NCBI GenBank assembly: GCA_027622375.1
Contig: JAQCAB010000005.1
Location: 6,971 to 70,970 of the forward strand
DNA from: Bacteroidota bacterium
Lineage (GTDB): Bacteria > Bacteroidota > Ignavibacteria > UBA10030 > UBA8401
Direction of reading: 5' to 3'
Length of the DNA: 64,000 nucleotides
Part shown: one piece after another, positions 59,215 to 64,000 of the stretch
Numbering within the stretch: the first letter of the stretch is position 1
Layout: each line of letters starts with the position of its first letter
Made by a program: the position numbers and the translations under genes
Notes under the pieces: model-generated
What the model was told of the DNA's origin: nothing
The model's database searches: none
What the model saw: only the letters and a program-made list of their open reading frames with translations

Positions 59215-61629
59215 TTAAACATTCAGCCAATAACTTAACTTTAAAGTAAATACATTACGTGGTGCAACTTTAAATGTATTATTAAATTGATCTTTAAATG
59301 TTGTGTGGTAAACTCCATCTCCCCATTCTCTGTTGTGTGCCCAAACTGCATACAAAACACTTCCGGGTAAATATTCCCAACGGATAACTAAATTTAAATT
59401 AAGCTGTGTTGAATTAAAATTTGTTTCACCGTTATAATTTGATTTCTCGACTTTGGTATTTATTAACTTCCCAAAATTTTCATACATACCACGAGCAGTA
59501 AAATATTGAGTATATAATTGTATTGAAGTGTTTGGATTAAATAATATTGATCCGCGAATTGTAATATCGTTTTGCCGAACATTTCGATCTCCAAATATGC
59601 TGGTATCGTTTACCCCGGTTACATATGATTCTTCTTTAAATATATTCTTTGACATAAAACTAATTCCAATTTCACTTGATGAGGATGGTCTGTAAAAAGT
59701 TCCTCCACCAATTCCAATTCCATTTCCTCCAAAATCGTTTATACCGCCACCTACCCCGATTCCAAACCCAAAATCTTTACTTTCATCTGATTCAATTCCA
59801 ATATCCATAGTTACTCCACCGGGCTTTTTATATAAACCATATCCGCGCGATTCTCGATCATCGTAAGCTGGTAAAGAATAATTTAATTCCCCTTTGAATT
59901 CGGAATAGTTAGCAAGTTTTGAATACCAACGGAATCCTGTTTCGTGAATTAATAAATCTCCATTTATGTTATACTGAAAATGATATGGAATTGTTAATCT
60001 GTAAAATCTAAAAATTTCTCCCGGTTTATCATCTTTATAAGTTACGTTATTGTAACTCCCATAATCATCCGGACGACGAAAATATCCGACATCATTTATA
60101 TAATATTTTGGACCGGTATAATAATATCCAACATCAAAAAGCCAATTCTCGCCCCCTTCTTTTGAAAAACTTATTCTCCCTGCTGAATTGTTTTTAAAAA
60201 AATCTTCAGCATTTGCGGGATGCGAGGTATCAGATGCAGATGAAGCAAAATATCCACTTATGGAATATTTATTGTCTAAAAATCTTAATCGCCAATCTAC
60301 GCCACCAATAGTTGCTGGGCGCAAGTTGGCTCCAGTGCGAGATGTTAAAATCATTCCAACTGATGAACCGGATAAAATATTTTGTTTTAAGCGAATTAAA
60401 TTATAATTCATTCCTTCGGATGCAAGTTGGTTGTGTTCAATTCCGTTTTGATCGGAATAAGTAAAAAATTCTTTTTCTGTAACCGCGCTAAGAATTCCAA
60501 AAGATAAACCTGATTCAGTTTGACCAGCTAATTTTCCAGCTCCCAAAATTGTGGCACTTAATGGTTCAGATAAAATTTTTCCTCCCTCTGGAGCATTTAC
60601 ATAAATAGCTTTCCCAATTCTTCTTGAATAAAATAATCCGGGACCGGAACCTTGACCGAAAGTTGAAAAATTAAAAATATCAGAACCTTCAACAAAAAAT
60701 GGTCTTCTTTCTGCATAAAAAGTTTCAATTGTAGATAAATTTAACTGCGAAGGATCAACTTCAACTTGTCCGAAATCTGGATTAATTGTTAAATTCAAAA
60801 ATGTGTTTCCTGAAATTCCATATTTTGCATCTAGGCCAACATTTGGAAATAAACCAGCAACTCTCACTTTTGATTCTTCAGATGGAAAAAATTTTCCGGT
60901 GCCAATTAAATAAGGATTTACTTCCAATGCTTTTGGTGATGGAATATTTGTTATCCCGGTTAAATGACCATAGCGCGAGATCCAACCACTTTCACTTTTT
61001 TTAATTGGCGACCAAATTAAAAATTCTTGTTTCCGAATTATTTTTCTAGAAAAATTAATTCCTAAAATAGTTTCACTATCAGAAGGTTTAAATCTTAAAA
61101 CAGAAAAAGGAATTTTAAATTCTGCACTCCAACCACTTTCATTTATTTTTGTAGTTGCATCCCAAACTGCATCCCAAGAAAAATCTCTATTTCTTCCATC
61201 TTCTGAATATAAACCATCCCCTTTTGTTCCAGCTGCATTTATACGGAAAACTATACTTGATTGATGATCATGGTAACTATCAATAGTGATTGAAATATCA
61301 TCAGATTCAACATCATCATCACGACGACCTAATCTCTGAATAATTCCTGCAGGATTTGAATCAAACATTTGGCAGAAAAAATAAATAGCCTCATCATCAA
61401 ATAAAATCTTTACTTCGGTTAATTCTGTTGGGGCGCTCCCTTCAATGGGATCTCTTTGAAAAAAATCAGTTGTCCCCTTTGTTTTACTCCACGCATTTTC
61501 AGAGTTTTTACCATCTATAATAATCGGTTCATTTGTGCGAATAGCTTTTACACTTTTATTACTTGAGCCAGCTGTCAAAATATTTACAACTAATATTATA
61601 AAAATATTTATTAAACGTATTTTATGCAT
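59215..61629 (-). CDS. CBM9-like plus DUF5916-type large secreted/outer-membrane protein
   Basis: Signal peptide and an N-terminal CBM9-like segment (IIIDGKNSENAW...FFQRDP...VKILFDDEAIYF). A long beta-rich C-terminal region ends ...LKLSYWLNV. Confidence 0.6.
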   Translation of the reverse strand: MHKIRLINIFIILVVNILTAGSSNKSVKAIRTNEPIIIDGKNSENAWSKTKGTTDFFQRDPIEGSAPTELTEVKILFDDEAIYFFCQMFDSNPAGIIQRLGRRDDDVESDDISITIDSYHDHQSSIVFRINAAGTKGDGLYSEDGRNRDFSWDAVWDATTKINESGWSAEFKIPFSVLRFKPSDSETILGINFSRKIIRKQEFLIWSPIKKSESGWISRYGHLTGITNIPSPKALEVNPYLIGTGKFFPSEESKVRVAGLFPNVGLDAKYGISGNTFLNLTINPDFGQVEVDPSQLNLSTIETFYAERRPFFVEGSDIFNFSTFGQGSGPGLFYSRRIGKAIYVNAPEGGKILSEPLSATILGAGKLAGQTESGLSFGILSAVTEKEFFTYSDQNGIEHNQLASEGMNYNLIRLKQNILSGSSVGMILTSRTGANLRPATIGGVDWRLRFLDNKYSISGYFASSASDTSHPANAEDFFKNNSAGRISFSKEGGENWLFDVGYYYTGPKYYINDVGYFRRPDDYGSYNNVTYKDDKPGEIFRFYRLTIPYHFQYNINGDLLIHETGFRWYSKLANYSEFKGELNYSLPAYDDRESRGYGLYKKPGGVTMDIGIESDESKDFGFGIGVGGGINDFGGNGIGIGGGTFYRPSSSSEIGISFMSKNIFKEESYVTGVNDTSIFGDRNVRQNDITIRGSILFNPNTSIQLYTQYFTARGMYENFGKLINTKVEKSNYNGETNFNSTQLNLNLVIRWEYLPGSVLYAVWAHNREWGDGVYHTTFKDQFNNTFKVAPRNVFTLKLSYWLNV

Positions 61630-61670
61630 GTTTATATTAAGATGAATTAATCCTTGAATTTGTTACAAGT

Positions 61671-61713
61671 AAAAACAAAAATAAGAGAAGATTGTGTAAA
61701 AACCCTCTCTTAT
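61671..61713 (-). terminator. Rho-independent terminator candidate downstream of the T9SS cargo gene
   Basis: An 8-bp stem, ATAAGAGA (61681-61688) with TCTCTTAT (61706-61713). On the minus strand it is followed by TTTTGTTTTT. Confidence 0.5.
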
Positions 61714-61729
61714 TTTTTCTAAATGACAA

Positions 61730-63910
61730 TTATTTTAAATATATCATTTTGCGACTGATTGTATTTTTTCCGCTTTGTAATTGATAAATAAAAATTCCCG
61801 ATGGAAGTTCGGTTGCATTAAAATTAATTGAATAACTTCCTGCTTCATGTTTTTGATTTGTTAAAATTTTAACTTCTCGTCCAATTAAATCATAAACAGA
61901 AATCTTCACAAAGCTTGAAGTCGGAACAGAATATTTAATTGATGTTGCCGGATTAAAGGGATTTGGATAGTTTTGCGAAAGCTCAAATTTTTTAACTGTA
62001 ATCAAAGCATCTTTTATATCCGAAGTAATTGGATTAATTATTATTGATCCACTTTTTGACATTGCTGTTGTGTTTTCATAATTCAAAATTACAAGTGGAA
62101 TTGTTGATGGTTCATATCCAACTTTATCAGTTACAATTTTATAAGTTCCGGAAGTCAAACCATTCATAAAATAAAAACCTGATGGGTTTGTAATTGCATA
62201 AGAATAAACTTGGTTGTTCTCATCAAGGGCAAAAACTGTTACACCTTCAACTCCCAAATTATTTTTATTTACAATTGATCCGGAAATAATTGCATGCCCA
62301 GTATCAGATTGCTTAACGAGTTTAAATTTTAAATTTGTAACAATTGAAGTTGATGACATTGTAATTGTATCAGCTTTTCTCCAATCCATAGTTTGCGCGC
62401 CATCTGCTCTGTAATACGTTGGCTTATATTCGCCGGTTGGTTTAGCAAATAAAATATATTTGCCAAGTTCCAAATTTGTGAATCCATAAAGACCAAGTGA
62501 ATCCGATAAAGTTGAAGTAATTCTTTTCCCGATTGTGTTGCCACCAATCATAATCGCAGATATTGAAGATGCTACTGGCTTGCTATCAACATCGTTTACA
62601 ATTCCACTCATCCCGTTTGCGTAAACAGGTTTTTTATCAACAACAATTGCAATAGTTAAATTTGATTTTACTGCAATTCTAGTTGCCTCATTAAAGTTTG
62701 ATTTATTTTCATAATATTCTGGCAACAAAGATTTATCAAGTGGGCGAGTATAAACTACTACCGTATCTCCCTCTTGAACGCTCATTGAAAATTTACCCTC
62801 ACTATCACTTTTTGTTGATGATGCGTAATAATGCTTGCTGTTTAATTTGACACGATATGCAACAATTTCACTTTTTTGTCCTACGCCTGAAATATCTTTT
62901 ACGCTCCCATTTAATGTGAGTTTTGGTCTTAAAACCATTTTGCTAAGACCAATATTTAATTTAAGAGTGTCTCCTTTTTTAACTTCTATTTTTTTTGCAG
63001 ATGTAAGATTTTGAACATTATCATAATATTCAAAATTATATTCATTGGCTTTTACATACAAATAGTAACTTCCTTCACTAACTTGCATTGAAAATGATCC
63101 GTCTGCTTTTGTTTGACCTCCATCGCAATGGAAGTTTGCAGTTGGAATTAATGCAAAACTCGCTTTTGCAATTGGTTGTTTTGTTGAATCATCAATAATA
63201 ACTCCGGAAATAATTCCTTTGCCTGCAACAAGTGAATCCTTAATTGAAATTGAAACAGTATCAGATGGCGTGCTTTCCATCTCATAAATTGTTGAAGTTA
63301 AATAATATTTATAAGCTGCTCCTTTGGTAATTGTTTTATCATAAAATTCATTTCCATTAGCACTAGTAATTTTTTTAAAATTTAATGGAGATGCTGAAAT
63401 ATTATCTGAACGATAAACATTGTATTGAATATAATAATGTGGTTGCGGTAAAATTGTTGCTGACGCCCAAGTTAAATGAACTAAAGTTCCCCAGTTATTT
63501 AAAACTTGTGTTGCTTTTAAATTTTTTGGTGGCGTTAAAGTTACAATTGGTATATTATTTTTTAAACCAACCTTAATATTAATTGTATCGTTATTTTTTA
63601 CTTCGATTGGTTTGGCTTTATCAAATGTTTGAACATTATCATAAAATTCAAAACCATATCTTTCGGATTTAAAATAAATGTAATAAACCCCAGTTGGTAG
63701 TTTAAAAGAAAATGTGCCTGTGGAATTTGTTTCAGTGTGTTTTGCAATCATACCATTTGCGAACATAAAATAAACATGAACGCCTTTTATTGGAGCTAGT
63801 GTTGAATCGTCAGTAATTATCCCATTAACAACACCCGACTGATTTGATTGAGCATTAATATTAAGGCCTTGTAAAAGAATCACAGTAAGTATCAAGAAAA
63901 ACTTTCTCAT
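61730..63910 (-). CDS. T9SS-sorted surface protein built from tandem carboxypeptidase-regulatory-like (Ig/prealbumin-fold) modules
   Basis: Signal peptide. Repeated modules (GIITDDSTLAPIKGVHVYF...TGVYYIYFKSERYGFEFYDNVQ... and GVIIDDSTKQPIAKASFAL...EGSYYLYVKANEYNFEYYDNVQ...). C-terminal T9SS CTD: SQNYPNPFNPATSIKYSVP... Confidence 0.75.
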   Translation of the reverse strand: MRKFFLILTVILLQGLNINAQSNQSGVVNGIITDDSTLAPIKGVHVYFMFANGMIAKHTETNSTGTFSFKLPTGVYYIYFKSERYGFEFYDNVQTFDKAKPIEVKNNDTINIKVGLKNNIPIVTLTPPKNLKATQVLNNWGTLVHLTWASATILPQPHYYIQYNVYRSDNISASPLNFKKITSANGNEFYDKTITKGAAYKYYLTSTIYEMESTPSDTVSISIKDSLVAGKGIISGVIIDDSTKQPIAKASFALIPTANFHCDGGQTKADGSFSMQVSEGSYYLYVKANEYNFEYYDNVQNLTSAKKIEVKKGDTLKLNIGLSKMVLRPKLTLNGSVKDISGVGQKSEIVAYRVKLNSKHYYASSTKSDSEGKFSMSVQEGDTVVVYTRPLDKSLLPEYYENKSNFNEATRIAVKSNLTIAIVVDKKPVYANGMSGIVNDVDSKPVASSISAIMIGGNTIGKRITSTLSDSLGLYGFTNLELGKYILFAKPTGEYKPTYYRADGAQTMDWRKADTITMSSTSIVTNLKFKLVKQSDTGHAIISGSIVNKNNLGVEGVTVFALDENNQVYSYAITNPSGFYFMNGLTSGTYKIVTDKVGYEPSTIPLVILNYENTTAMSKSGSIIINPITSDIKDALITVKKFELSQNYPNPFNPATSIKYSVPTSSFVKISVYDLIGREVKILTNQKHEAGSYSINFNATELPSGIFIYQLQSGKNTISRKMIYLK

Positions 63911-64000
63911 TTTATATCTTTCATTTTTTTTAGTTTAAGCTACGCAATTATATGGGTTAGATTCTAAAAATAAAACAAAGTTTAAAACCTTATTTTTTTG

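Overview
This is an AT-rich (about 30% G+C by eye), densely coding chromosomal segment. About 85% of the genes are on the minus strand, and many are joined by ATGA or other short start/stop overlaps. Two proteins carry type IX secretion C-terminal sorting domains (NYPNPFNP...), and there are TonB-dependent, PD40, FG-GAP and TatT-type genes, so I would place it in the FCB superphylum (Ignavibacteriota/Bacteroidota-like). That placement is inference only.

Most of the content is housekeeping:
- mntR-mntH
- a TatT-type TRAP transporter running into radA-rdgB
- phoD plus a two-component system
- an APC permease
- rnr, tamB and the split ADP-heptose genes
- cysS and recN
- ffh-rpsP-KH-rimM-trmD-rplS
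- atpZ-I-B-E-F-H-A-G
- a bactofilin/M23 pair
- rlmD, add, an FKBP isomerase, PGM/PMM, eno and murI

I saw no rRNA, tRNA, CRISPR array, transposase, integrase or recognisable defence genes.

Three places do not look routine:
1. A cassette-like inserted island (about 33339-37791) carries a G+C-rich TonB-dependent receptor and a serine hydrolase. It is bracketed by attC-like or MITE-like imperfect palindromes, and it contains a 114-bp direct repeat that duplicates the leader and signal peptide of the hydrolase.
2. A tightly packed four-gene outer-membrane operon (25115-30126) includes a very Tyr/Trp-rich disordered lipoprotein and a T9SS cargo protein.
3. A 1032-aa protein has an Omp85-type barrel with no visible POTRA region. 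It carries an HExxH domain and PD40 repeats instead, and it sits in the same gene string as tamB.

All functional calls come from motifs read by eye in the translated ORFs. No database search was possible.
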